A DNA stretch of 64,000 bases. It comes from Guillardia theta CCMP2712 (taxonomy: Eukaryota; Protista; Cryptophyta). A program made the position numbers and the translations under genes. The stretch covers positions 265,726-329,725 of the forward strand of contig NW_005434625.1 in NCBI RefSeq assembly GCF_000315625.1. Reading direction: 5' to 3'. The notes below the pieces were generated by a model. That model saw only the letters and a program-made list of their open reading frames with translations. It made no database searches and was not told where the DNA came from. Positions within the stretch are counted from its first letter, which is position 1. Each line of letters opens with the position of its first letter. This document shows, in pieces, positions 1-11,050 of this stretch.

Positions 1-239
1 GCTGAAAGGCTTCATTGCCTCGGAATCGTCTTGCCACAGTGTTGCTCTCTGAGTACGGGTTGTCTGCGGTCGACGCGAGCCAGCCGGTTGTAGACGATGC
101 GGGGACATTTATCATTAAAGTGTTGTATACACAACCTTGCGTAAGACCTTGAGCTCAGATGATCTTAGGATCTCTGTCTATTAGCGCACACACTCATCAG
201 ATCAGCAGCACCACTGCAGGAATCTGCATCGTCATCCAT
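1..239 (-). CDS. Possible 5' end of a hypothetical gene running off the left edge
   Basis: ATG near 239, followed by two plausible short GT-AG introns, gives an open frame (MDDDADSCSEILRSSELKVLRK-TTRTQRATLWQDD...). No recognisable domain. Confidence 0.25.
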
Positions 240-639
240 TATCCCAAGGCTACCGTCGCCAAGGCGCGTCCGGTATGAGTCCAGAATACAACATAAAGTA
301 AGAACTGCCTCAAGCCCTCGATCAAGTAGGAAGCAAAGCCTCGGAGTCAGTGATGAAGATAGCGCGTCGAAGACAGCAGCACCAAGAGGTCACGTGGTAT
401 GTCACGGTCGTGCACTCAGTCTAACAGCGGCGAACTCGAAAGCAAACTGGGCCCGTGAGTTTACTGCACCCCCTCGTCAGTGATCAGAACATCTTACAGC
501 TTCAAGTTTTTAAGTTACTAGGCATACCAAGCGCGACCGGACACTGGCCCGACAAAGAGGCACTCGGAACTCGGAAAGGGTAGTGAGTCGCGGGCGTGTC
601 AAGTTCAAGTGATTTTGACACCCGGTGACCTGGAAAGCC

Positions 640-960
640 TTGGAGCCTCCTCGGAGTGACTCATGATACCTCCGAGTGCCGTGTTCGGCCGTAGCCCGGC
701 CGCAGGCGTGAACGGCGTATTACGGGACTCGGGACGGCACCCGGCCCCGGCGGCCGGCGCCGAGTCGGGCCGGCGCCGAGTCGGGCCGGCGCCGAGCCTC
801 GGAGTGACTCACCGTCTGTCATCCTGAGTGAGAAGGCTTCCCGGGCCGCCGGGGCGCCGCCGGGCCTCAGGCCCGATCGGGCCCGCCGTGACCCGGAGAT
901 TCAGCCGGAGATTAATGAGCGCGCGGGAACCGCTAGGGCCCCTCTCGCGTTTACTCAAAG
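640..960. promoter_or_regulatory. GC-rich intergenic island with repeated CCTCGGAGTGACTCA motif and a 17-bp tandem (CCGGCGCCGAGTCGGG-like, ~2.7 copies)
   Basis: CCTCGGAGTGACTCA at 649-663 and 797-811; tandem at ~754-796; lies upstream of the ATG at 1103. Confidence 0.45.
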
Positions 961-1102
961 TTAAGTTAAAAATCAGTACGAGGACAATCAGGCCGTCATG
1001 CTATAGGCGAGCAGACAAGAGCGCTGAGGTGGTAGGATGTCATGTATGCATGCATGAAAACTTGATGGAAGATATTTCTCTGTGAGGGACAGGCGCGCAA
1101 TC

Positions 1103-4100
1103 ATGTCCAAGCTGACCCGCGACTCCGCATTGGACAGAGGTACATCTCGATGATTCTGTTGTGTTGGAGACCAACTGAGTCTTGTCACCTCGCAGTGCTT
1201 TCCAGGTATTGCTCCAGTGGAGAAGGGGAGCATGACGATGATTTGAATGTTGTCAACTCTGCACTTGAAGTTAGATCTGTCATCGAGAACGCAGACAAGG
1301 CCCGCAGGGCAGCACATCGACTTCTCCGAAGTTCCGAATCGCATGCTTTCCCCGCAATGGCAGATCGTGACAATGCTGGATCTATACAGATGATAGCACT
1401 ACGTCAAAGAGATTGGATGGATGAGACAGTTTTGGACAGTCACGTCACCCTTCCCTTGCACTCGCCGAGTCCTATCTCAAAGTTTGCAAGGAGTTCAGTT
1501 TATCGAGAGCCTGATCCGAGCCTTCATCTCTCCTCAGAAACAAGGCCCACTCCGAAGCGTTGGGAGAGAGATCTCTCGAGCTCATTTCACCCGTGGGGAG
1601 CCAACACCCTAACCGATGAAGAAAGACCCAGCACATTGAAAACTGATTTGTCCCAACCTCAAAAGCTTCCTTGGAGGTCCAGTGACCAACAAACAACAGC
1701 CTCCCATGCCAGCTTGCAGGAAAAAGCCGCTATTTCCATAAACAATGATCTAAAGACTTCAAGCATCATAGCCAATGATCTAAAGACTTCAAGCGTCATC
1801 GGTTATTCAACTACAGTACAACATAGAAACACAGATGGCCAGGAAGTGGAAAGCGATCTCAGTTGCGATACCCACCAATTGAATGATGTTCGATCTTGCA
1901 TCTCTCGTCTCCAAAAGCGCATAGCTTCATTGGATGCAAAGAATTGCTCTCTTCAGTATGAGAACCTGTTGCTCAAAGCCGCCATCGATACAGCGCACGC
2001 AGGTGTCACACACTTGATGGTAGGGGCTCAAACTTGCATCTTGTCAACAGGGAGAAATTTATTGGAAAGCTCCAAAGTGAAGCCTGACGATCTACTTAAA
2101 AGGTTTGAGAGTGGTTGTCTTGAGAGACAAATTATCATTCCATCAACATCCTCATACTATAAGTGTGCTACGGCACTGCAGAGCTCCGAAGATCTCGAGC
2201 TGTGTGGACCGCTGTTCAGGAACATGATTGACTTGTCGCTTTTCATGATCGACAACCAATCTTTACTCACAGAACAACAGAGTCAGATAGAATGGCTACA
2301 AGCTGAGCAATATGAATTGTCTCAACAATACCGGCATGCGAATGACTTGATGGCCTCTTGTATTTCACATCTGGATGATCAGGCACACCGCATGCAAAGC
2401 AGGGTCGAGGGGGGATATTTGTTTGTGTTAAAGACATTTCAAGAAGAATTTATCTCACTCCAGCAAGTCTTGCTGCAATTGTATGCATCGTTAAGGTCAC
2501 AGTTTGCAGAGCTCCGATTGTCAATTTCTTGGTATAGAAGTCGTGTGCTCAGGAATCATTCATTTGTTGTCATCAGGTCTTGGAAATTCCTTATAGGACG
2601 GAAAAAGTTTCGGAACAATATCGTTTTACACACAGTATGCAAATCAAAGATGAAGGCATTTTCTGAATCCTTTCAAGCGTTCAAGTATCTGCATTCGTCG
2701 GTGCATCATAGAATCAAACTCAACAAGTTTGTTTCAAGACAGGCTAACAGATATGTGAAAGCCACTGTGATGTTTGCGTTGAAATGCAGGAATCGAATGA
2801 AGAACGCTCATGAAACTTTTGAAAATTGCAACGATTTTGTGAACATGCGACTGACAAAATTGCTTTTCTTCGTTGTCTGGGAAAAAGCTACTTATTTCAA
2901 ATCTTTACATACCTTTCAAACTGCTTTGTATTTTGCAAGGAAAAAGGCTACTCAAAGTGTTGTGGGCACATTGGAATTGTGGAATAAGTTTGTAAAGAAA
3001 CGATCTGTTCTTAGAAGCAAAGTTGCTGGGAAAACAATTGAGATGTTGAGAATATTTATTTTCAGATGGTGCAGAGCATATCATAGGCGACAACGAAACC
3101 GATTTGTTTCTTTATCTATATCTGAAAGGCATGGCATGTTCCTGGTTTCTACCACCTTTCAGCTGTGGGGTGAACTTTCCCACTTGAACATACTGGCAAT
3201 AGATCAGTGCAAACGCCTCGTTGCGCAACATAAGCGAAAGTTTCTACAAAACATGTTTGAATCCTGGTTTACAATAGCTAAAATCTCACAAAATAACTTT
3301 CAGAAAGTTCTCAAATTTCTCCAAACAAGAATCAATCTAATGACTCTGAAACTTTCAATTCGTGCTTTCCAAACTTGGTTTGATTTGTGCACAACAAAAT
3401 TTGACATTGAAAATCAGATCAGCAGAATGAATCATGAGAAAGGAAAAAAACAGACCAAAGAACATTTTGTGAGCTGGCATGCTTTGAAGAGCGCAAATCA
3501 AAGTTTCAGGAAGTCTGTGGAGAAATCTGCGGCAAAAGCTTTGCATAGAGATTCAATCCGGACAATAAAAACATCACTTCAAAAGTGGATAACAGCCTGC
3601 TTCACTCGGAAAATACTCAGACAAATATCGGGCATTATCATCGATAAACAGACAAATAGCTTAAAACAATCAACACTACAACGTTGGCAAAATGAGGTGC
3701 AGCGAAAAATCAAAAAACCATTAAGACGAGAACAATTGAACACCAAGCAACAAAACACAAATTGCAAAAAGCCTGGAACAGTCTCCAAACTCAAATGAAA
3801 AACTACAAACAAACTAAAGCATTCTCAAATGCAAACCGTTCAAAATACAACATCCGAATCTATACAAGGACGCTCAAATTGTGGGAAGCTCAAACCATAA
3901 AACAACAATGGACGCGAAAATCAGTGCGAGGGGCAGTGGCGCGGCGGGAGGCAGGGATGCAGAGGGCGGCGACATGGGGCTGGAGGGAGCTCACGGCAGG
4001 GGCGAGGGAGAGGCGAGCGATGGCGGCGAGCATGGGGCGGGTGAGAGAGCGGCAAGCAGGGAGGCTTGCGCTGGCCATGTGGGGAGCTGGGACGGAGGCC

Positions 4101-6697
4101 GGGCTGAGGGCGGAGGCAGCGGGCGAGAGAGCGCGGAGGGAGCGGGAGCGGAGGGAGGTAGAGGAGGCAGTGTGGGCGTGGGGGGAGGCCGTACGGGAGC
4201 GCCGGGGGGAGGCGAGGGGAGAGCAGACGAGACACAGGCGGGACAGGAGGGCGGCGAGGAGGGTACTGCAAGGGTGGGGCGAGGTAGCGGCATGGGAGGC
4301 GGCAAGACGGGAGGGGGTCATGCTCAAGGCAGAGGAGAGGCGGCGAGGTCGGGAGGCGGCGAGGGCGTACGGGGGCTGGCAGGAGGCGGCGGCAAGGATG
4401 AGATACCAGCGGTGGGCAGCAGGGGTGATCGGGAGCCGGCATGGTCGGGGGATGTGTCGCGGGAGCTTGCGGAGGCTAGAGCTATACCGGAGCGTACGGC
4501 AGAGGAGGACGGGGATGGCGAGGTCAGGGAGGGAGCGGGGGAGGAGGAGGGCGGCAGGGAGGGTGTTGAGGCGGTGGGGAGAGGAGGCTCGGAGACGGCG
4601 GGGACGGCGGGAGACAGTGCGAGGGGCAGTGGCGCGGCGGGAGGCAGGGATGCAGAGGGCGGCGACATGGGGCTGGAGGGAGCTCACGGCAGGGGCGAGG
4701 GAGAGGCGAGCGATGGCGGCGAGCATGGGGCGGGTGAGAGAGCGGCAAGCAGGGAGGCTTGCGCTGGCCATGTGGGGAGCTGGGACGGAGGCCGGGCTGA
4801 GGGCGGAGGCAGCGGGCGAGAGAGCGCGGAGGGAGCGGGAGCGGAGGGAGGTAGAGGAGGCGGTGTGGGCGTGGGGGGAGGCCGTACGGGAGCGCCGGGG
4901 GGAGGCGAGGGGAGAGCAGACGAGACACAGGCGGGACAGGAGGGCGGCGAGGAGGGTACTGCAAGGGTGGGGCGAGGTAGCGGCATGGGAGGCGGCAAGA
5001 CGGGAGGGGGTCATGCTCAAGGCAGAGGAGAGGCGGCGAGGTCGGGAGGCGGCGAGGGCGTACGGGGGCTGGCAGGAGGCGGCGGCAAGGATGAGATACC
5101 AGCGGTGGGCAGCAGGGGTGATCGGGAGCCGGCATGGTCGGGGGATGTGTCGCGGGAGCTTGCGGAGGCTAGAGCTATACCGGAGCGTACGGCAGAGGAG
5201 GACGGGGATGGCGAGGTCAGGGAGGGAGCGGGGGAGGAGGAGGGCGGCAGGGAGGGTGTTGAGGCGGTGGGGAGAGGAGGCTCGGAGACGGCGGGGACGG
5301 CGGGAGACAGTGCGAGGGGCAGTGGCGCGGCGGGAGGCAGGGATGCAGAGGGCGGCGGCATGGGGCTGGAGGGAGCTCACGGCAGGGGCGAGGGAGAGGC
5401 GAGCGATGGCGGCGAGCATGGGGCGGGGTAGAGATCGCTGTTCATCTATATATTTTTTCAATTCATGGTTATCGTTCTTGCGATCTAAGTTGTCGTCTTC
5501 AGAGCTGTTACAGAAATTGGATCTTTTTGTTTACAAGCAGTTGGTATATCGTTATGGTTTGTCTAGATATCTGGCTCTTTGGCGCCTGAATTTTCGTTAT
5601 CATCGACATGGGCACGGCTCGGCCATTGTCAGATTTGGCGTTGCATGCTCGTACATGTCTTCGTCACTTTTGGGTTTTGTTCGTCGTGTGTTTTCATCTT
5701 GGAGTTTTTTGACGTTTTGCCGATGTGATGGCAAACAGCGGCACATGGTGAAGGTTTGTTTTCTTCTGTGGGGATTTCAGCTGGCGAACGTTGAAGAAAA
5801 GGATGGTCCTGAGTCCGGGCCCTTGCACTCAAGACATACGAGAAGTAGCCTGGAGATGATCAGACCGGCAGGTGAAAACCTTTCAGGCCATCACAACCCC
5901 AGTGTTTTCCAGGACATTGATGGGAAATTCACTTCCATCGTGGGTATTGCAGAGGAATATCTTGCAAAGATTGAATTCCTTTGGAGGATTATGTGTTCCG
6001 AGCATCTCAGCATCAAGTTTTCTGTACACTCCAATATGTGTTCCGTCCGCAACGAGTTGGTTGAAATACTAGGCTCCTTGGAGCAAGAGATCTCAATTTT
6101 TCACCTGCAGGCTGTAGAATCATGGTACACCAATGATTCCCGGAGCGTCGAGCTGGAGAACCTTGCTTTTGAGACGAGGTTTCTCCGCCAGAAAGCCAAG
6201 GAGCAGGAGAGGGAGCTTCGGAAGCTGGCAGATATCCAACAGACCAACATCACCCTCAAGAAGTCAAACCTTCTCCTGAATCAGCATGTGCAGGATATGA
6301 GGACCGCGCTGTCAGAGGCCAACAATGAGCTCGAGCTCTTGTCGTCATCCATGTCAAGGGCAAGAGCTTCCAAGCAGGCTGATGCCTCTGCGGAGAAGCA
6401 GTCGGGGGAGCAGTCCCACACGCTGCAGGGCAGTCTCCTCGATCTCCGTAGGAATGCTGGGTTTGACACCCGGCGTGAAGGCATCGACAGGCCTCTGATG
6501 CATTTCTCCAAGATGGTCGCAGGTACTTGTGGGTGCTGGGGACAAGTTGCTGACATGACATCCTGACGCGCATGTGTTTGCTAGATCCCAACTTCTTAGG
6601 AGAAGCCATGAACGGTCTGATGGATTCAGTTCAAGATGGAGCCAATCATCTGCTTCAAAGCTCACCCTATCAACCGCCGAAGAATAAGAGTCACTAG
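1103..6697 (+). CDS. Sfi1-like centrin-binding repeat protein (basal body/centrin fibre), with N- and C-terminal coiled coils
   Basis: ATG 1103, intron 1140-1195, ORFs 1150..3798 and 3762..6566, terminal intron 6523-6583, stop TAG 6695-6697. Dozens of F/L-x-x-W motifs at ~33-aa spacing in a basic helical context match the Sfi1 repeat. Frame break at 3696-3795. Confidence 0.7.
3922..5427 (+). repeat. Near-perfect 693-bp coding tandem repeat, ~2.2 copies (231 aa = 7 x 33-aa Sfi1-type repeats)
   Basis: Units start at 3922, 4615 and 5308 (CAGTGCGAGGGGCAGTGG). I saw only about two substitutions between copies. Confidence 0.95.
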
Positions 6698-7110
6698 TGA
6701 TACTACCGTAATTAAACTCAGTCGACAGCTGTTTCAAGTACCGTCGGCGATTTGCAACTCCGAACTTCGGAAAGTCGGCCTAGTAGTAGTGACGCTGCCA
6801 CTGCCACCGTGGCAGGCCGGGCCGGCCCGGGCCGCTCAATGCCACAGTGCCGCTGGGCCCGTGACTAGTCGGACCGGACTCAGTGCCCGGAGTGCGAGGC
6901 TCCGGAGGCTGCCGGGCCTCAGTGTGACTGCCCGGCCGGCAGCCGGCCCAATCCTGTATTACTAATTTTATTTCAATTTCCTTGATGTTCGCCGGTAGTT
7001 CTAAACATAGGGGCGCATGCCATGGCAGGTTCAGGAGCCTCGGAGTCATCAGGTGCGACAGTCGGGAAGCAGCAGATGAGCGACAAGGAGCATCGAGACG
7101 AGCTCGTGCC

Positions 7111-8558
7111 ATGAAGGCGCTTGTGCGAGTCTTGCCCCGTGTGTACGGGCGATGTGTGGCATGTCCTGTGCCGTCTCGCCTTCAGTCGGCCTCGTGCGTG
7201 CGGCACAAGACGATCGCTGTTGCCTTGTCGGGAGGTGTGGACTCTTCTGTGGCAGCTCTGCTGCTCAAGCGGCAGGGTCATAAAATCTTTGGCATCTACA
7301 TGAAAAACTGGGAGGAGGAGGAGGAGAAAGGAGAGAACAAGCAGGTGAAGCACTGCAGCTCTGCGCAGGATCTTCTTGATGTGAAATCAACTTGCAAGCA
7401 GCTGGACATGGAGCTGAAACAAGTGAACTTTGTGAAAGAATATTGGACTGATGTCTTTGAGCCCATGCTTGATGGCTATCTCAGTGACCTCACGCCAAAC
7501 CCTGATGTAGCTTGCAATAGGCAGATCAAATTTAAGCTGCTCCTACAGCACGCGTTCAAGCTTGGTGCCGACTATTTAGCAACCGGCCACTATGCGAGAC
7601 TGGACCATGCTTGTGACGGGACAAAACTTTTGAGAGCAAGAGATTACAACAAAGATCAGTCTTACTTCTTGTCAAATGTGGATGGGAAATGCTTTGACCG
7701 TGTGCTGTTCCCACTGGGAGATCTTCTTAAGAGTGAAGTCCGCAACATTGCCATAGAGGCACACTTGCCGTCTGCAAGGAAAAGGGAGAGCATGGGACTT
7801 TGCTTCGTCGGAAAGCGGAACTTTGAAGATTTCATATCCAACTACATACCAGACGACGACCCTGACGTTCGGAGCAAGATGGGAAATTTCGTGGATCTTG
7901 AGACCGGGCAGGTCTACGGGGCACACAAAGGAACGCATTTCTACACCATCGGCAAAGGAGCGCGAATCAGCGGCGCCCCGACCAAGCTGTACGTGTGTGA
8001 GAAACGAGGGTCGGACATCATGGTAGTGCCGGGGACGAACCATGATGCGCTGCTTTCCTTGTCTTGCCTTGTCGGACCTCCTCATTGGATCTCGGGCAAG
8101 CTGCCTGAAGAGCTTGCTGCTGGTGGAGAATTTCGCTGTCAATGTCGATTGAGAAACCTCGGGGACATTGTCCCGTGCAGTTTGCGTGTGATGAGCCAAG
8201 AGCGGATCAGGGAAGGTTCTCTCCCAGAGAAAACCTGTAAATATTACAACCTGAGGGTGCCGAGAGGTGGAGAAGAAGGAGAGCTACTCATATTAGAAGT
8301 CCGTTTCGAAGAGCCACAGTATGCTGTTGCTCCAGGTCAGTTGAGGATGTTTCTGCTTCTGTCTGCGTCACGAGAACTTCCAGGGCAAGTTTGCTCCTTC
8401 TATCAAGGGGACGAGTGCTTAGGTTGCGGGGCCATACTGAAATCAGGTGACGTCTGTTGGAGTGAGTCCACTGGGCCGGTAGTCATTCAGCAGCAGGTCC
8501 CTCACTCTGGGCTCAGAGGCAGCAAGCGGCGGACGGGGACTCACTCGCAGGCCCTTGA
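7111..8558 (+). CDS. TRMU: tRNA-specific 2-thiouridylase MnmA/TRMU (probably mitochondrial)
   Basis: Motifs ALSGGVDSSV, MKNW, TPNPDVACNRQIKF, ATGHYAR, KDQSYFL, ESMGLCFVGKR, APGQ. Arg/Ser/Val-rich transit-peptide-like N-terminus. Introns ~8336-8383 and 8447-8496; stop TGA 8556-8558. Confidence 0.93.
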
Positions 8559-9546
8559 CATGCGCTCCAACTGCGAGAGCGAGACGCAGCGGAGGCCCCT
8601 CAGCTTCAGCCCCCTCAGGACCTTCTCCAGCACTTGCAGGTTGTACTCCCTAAATCCAACTTCGGGCATGTGCAGCAGGACGATCGATCCCTGCGCGAGA
8701 GTATCAGGAAGTATTTTCTGACAGAAACTTTCTCACCTCGCTCGCATGCTTTAGAATGTAGTTGGAGATGTAAGTAGGCTTGCAGATGACGTCCATGCCG
8801 TAACAGTCGCACATGGCAACCCGATACCCCTCCTTGTCTAGCACGTCCTCCATCGCTCTGCTGACTTTGCCGTGAGGCGGACGAAACCACTTGACTCTGC
8901 ACTCCGAGCTTTCCTGGGGGCGCACACTGGCCGGCTGGAAGTCACCCAAGACTTTTTCGCAGTCGCACAGAATCTTTCTGAAGCTGCTTTCATCGTGAAG
9001 ATGATAGGCGATGTCTTCACCACCATGATTGCATAATTCATGTCCCTTCTCTACAGCGTCTCTCATAAACTTTTCTCGACCGTTCACGAACGAGGACACG
9101 ATGAAGAAGGAGCAGGTTGCCCCGTGTCGCTCCAAGACATTGAGGACTTCCTCCGTCAAGGGCTGCCCTCGCCCTGGCGCATCATCCATGGTCAGGGCCA
9201 CGACCCCCTTCGCACCGTCCTTGCCCCGGAAGTGCCAGACTGCCTTCCTGCACCAGCCCATGAACAACTTCGCCATGGCGATCATGCCGAGAGGGGAAGG
9301 GAAGCTTGCAATGTCCCAGAGGATCGCCATGACATCGGCCGTCCAGCCGGGGGAGAGGGAGTAAAGGAGCTTCCATCTTGGCTCTTGAGGTCCAAGACCT
9401 GCGCTTGCTCTGAGCCTTGCCTCGACCAGCGCGAGGGCCCTCATGCTGATGAGGAGGAAGCAGATATGAGTAGCAGCAAACAAGAACAGGTAGAGAAGAA
9501 GAGAGGGCGTGTCTCCGGACAGGCTCGAGAGCAGCATCGCTCCCAT
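8541..9546 (-). CDS. Carbohydrate esterase family 4 (NodB-homology) polysaccharide deacetylase with N-terminal membrane anchor
   Basis: Motifs LTMDDAP, HELCNH, WFRPPHG and, after an intron (~8691-8736), GSIVLLH. Hydrophobic helix near the N-terminus. Stop at 8541-8543. Confidence 0.88.
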
Positions 9547-10271
9547 GTCCTCAGCCAGTTCTGTAGACCAGCTCTGCAAGCCCGCCCCACCAGCGACACT
9601 CGGTTTCCGACTCAACTTCCGACGCCGCGGCCGGCACGGTCCCGCCGGCGCCGATCCAGGAGTCCGGGATCGGATCAGGCCCGGATGCTCCCGGAGTCCG
9701 GCGGGCGGTGATCATCATGGCCGGAACGCCACCGTCTCCGGACTCGGGAGTAAGTTCAACAGATTCCGAGGCAAAGCCTTGAAGGGCCGCCGCCGGGGGC
9801 CGCGCGTCCGATGACTGCCGGGCCAGTTTCCGACCCGGTCGCCTCGGAGGCGTGACCGTCAAGGCCCGGCTTACTCGGAACAGTGCCATTTGAATCCGAT
9901 GACCGAGGCAGCCGGGCTGCGCTTGACCGTGGCATGACCCTGACACTCAGCACGGCCGCACACGCCGGGCACCGTCCGATCGTGGCACCCCGGGCCCCGC
10001 CCATATGGACCAGGTTGGCCGCACACTGGCCCTGAGCCCCGCAGGAGTAGTATTTTGCGCTCTTCATCGTCTTGCATTTTGACAGATTATTGTCAGTTCC
10101 GACCTGCTTCACACTGAACCAGCGGTTTGGAAGTCGTTCTCTAACGGGCCATCTGTCACTTGCTGTAGAAGAACGAGTTAATAAGGTAGGCACCCATGCA
10201 GATGGTTTATGGACAGCGTTGCAGGATCAACACCCAAAAATGTTCCCCGCCCCCTGCCTTCCCTGCCTTCT

Positions 10272-10913
10272 CTCCTGCCTGTCTCGCCCCATGTCCTCTC
10301 AATCCGATCACTCGTAACTCGTAACAATGCTTTATTATCTCACTCCCTCCCTCTCTCGTCTATCTACACCCTCGCTTCCTCTGCTCGCCCCTCTCTTGCT
10401 GTTGCTCTCCCCCCCGACGTCTCTCGTCAGGGATCTCTTGTCATCTCGCGGTAATCTCGAGCACTCCCGCCCTGCCGACCAGTGCGTCGCTCCTCTCCCT
10501 CGCTTCCTGACGCTTCCGCCTCGCCTCGTGGATGTTGCTCAGGCACTCTGCTCCGTCGCAGCGTACTGTGACCCTCCAGTCTGCCTTGGCTCCCAGGGTC
10601 TCCGTGCTGCGGATCTCGGGTCTTCGTCGAGCCGCGCTTGGGTAGGTGCTGAACAAGGATGATCGTCGGGGAGAAGCCGCCCGGGAGAAGCCGTGGTCTA
10701 TCATGACGATGGAGAAGCTCCTGCAGCTAGGCTGGGGGGGAGCTTGGGTGTGGGAGGAGGTATGGGAGGAGTCGTGTTGGGATGGCATGCGGTAGGATCT
10801 GTTGCAGGCGTCAAGGGTGCTGTAGAATATGAAGGGGAATCGGGGGGGCGGATATGTTCGCTTTAGGCGACTGGCAAAGGAGGCAGACTCCGAACTTTGG
10901 AAGGTCTAGAAGG
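10272..10913 (-). repeat. Left arm of a 642-bp inverted duplication (partner 13222-13863)
   Basis: Reverse complement matches 13222-13863 with about 10 substitutions and no indels by manual comparison. Confidence 0.95.
10441..10788 (-). CDS. Small orphan protein A, copy 1 (115 aa, intronless)
   Basis: Conserved in both arms; 5 of 6 differences between copies are synonymous in this frame; AATAAA downstream. Confidence 0.6.
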   Translation of the reverse strand: MPSQHDSSHTSSHTQAPPQPSCRSFSIVMIDHGFSRAASPRRSSLFSTYPSAARRRPEIRSTETLGAKADWRVTVRCDGAECLSNIHEARRKRQEARERSDALVGRAGVLEITAR

Positions 10914-11050
10914 CAAATTGCTGACGGAAAATCATTTTTAATGTCAGCAGATCATGAGGGATTGAGCTAAGCTGACAAAGTCACGAGGGCAAGGACTGTC
11001 CTCCACAATTGGCAAAACCCTGTTCCCGAAATTTCTAGACGGGTCGCCTG

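Noticed and set aside
1743-1799. 30-bp in-frame duplication (NDLKTSSII/NDLKTSSVI)
   Set aside because: Ordinary short duplication in a disordered region.
3881-5461. Alternative long ORFs (516 aa on +, 523 aa on -) over the G-rich repeat
   Set aside because: Stop-poor low-complexity sequence; only the 3762 frame shows the 33-aa Trp periodicity continuous with the flanks.
6982-8721. Bacterial mnmA transfer or a 579-aa product
   Set aside because: It has spliceosomal introns and a transit-peptide-like leader; the ORF extensions are read-through of introns and UTR.
10327-10662. Antisense 111-aa ORF in the inverted arms (also 13473-13808)
   Set aside because: Substitutions between copies are more often non-synonymous in this frame; the opposite strand fits better.
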